This document shows positions 26,108-26,349 of a DNA stretch of 26,349 nt, piece by piece. Numbering within the stretch: position 1 is the first letter of the stretch; the number at the start of each line of letters is the position of its first letter. The position numbers were made by a program, and so were the translations under genes. The DNA is from a virus. Lineage: Duplodnaviria > Caudoviricetes. Location: positions 1-26,349 of IMG/VR virus record IMGVR_UViG_3300030376_000708; one strand, 5' to 3'. The notes below the pieces were generated by a model. The model saw only the letters and a list, made by a program, of their open reading frames with translations. It was not told the origin of the DNA and searched no databases.

Positions 26108-26349
26108 TTAAGCGTTAGCTGGATATGTAGCACCGAATGCTGCTGGAGCAGTAGTACCTGTATATAGCTCAACTGCGGCTGCTGGGTTTAGGAAGTCGGC
26201 TCCCATTGCCAACCTACCTAGAATGACATCTCCTTGGTAAACCACTGAAACGTCCCCTGAAGTAACTTGTACCTGTGGGCCGATAGCTTCCACAACTGCT
26301 GCGGCTTCCTTTTGGAAGATAAGACCACATGACTTAGCGAAGTCAGTAG
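26108..26349 (-). CDS. major capsid protein (gp10), 3' part only
   Basis: GLIFQKEAA..VEAIGPQVQ...YQGDVILGRLAMGA..LNPAAAVEL; frame open to the window edge. Confidence 0.92.
   Translation of the reverse strand, partial: TDFAKSCGLIFQKEAAAVVEAIGPQVQVTSGDVSVVYQGDVILGRLAMGADFLNPAAAVELYTGTTAPAAFGATYPANA

Noticed and set aside
26067-26110. T7 10B-style capsid frameshift extension
   Set aside because: Terminator and gp11 start follow within about 40 nt, leaving no room for an extension domain

Overview
A 26.3-kb fragment of a T7-like marine cyanopodovirus (Autographiviridae; P-SSP7-like gene order), with all supported genes on the minus strand. In transcription order (right to left) it holds: the capsid 3' end, a Tphi-like terminator, tail tubes A/B, gp13-gp16 internal virion proteins, and a three-part tail fibre (gp17-like anchor, Mtd_N/S74 fibre, glycine-rich gp38-like adhesin with a 10-Cys insert). 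Next come an accessory cassette (2OG-Fe(II) oxygenase, Cys-rich peptide, ParB/Srx-like protein), a block of membrane/secreted proteins, TerS, two HNH-type genes, a Lys-rich protein, TerL and the AMG talC. A 0.7-kb non-coding region with CG-rich repeats follows and probably spans the genome termini. It contains a sigma70-type promoter and a structured leader, then small early genes beginning with a probable SAM lyase. The most unusual signals are a 41-nt tRNA-like element directly after the SAM lyase stop codon, the structured early leader, a dual-coding/frameshifted candidate lysis block and the adhesin-plus-enzyme cassette. All calls come from reading motifs by eye; no searches were run.
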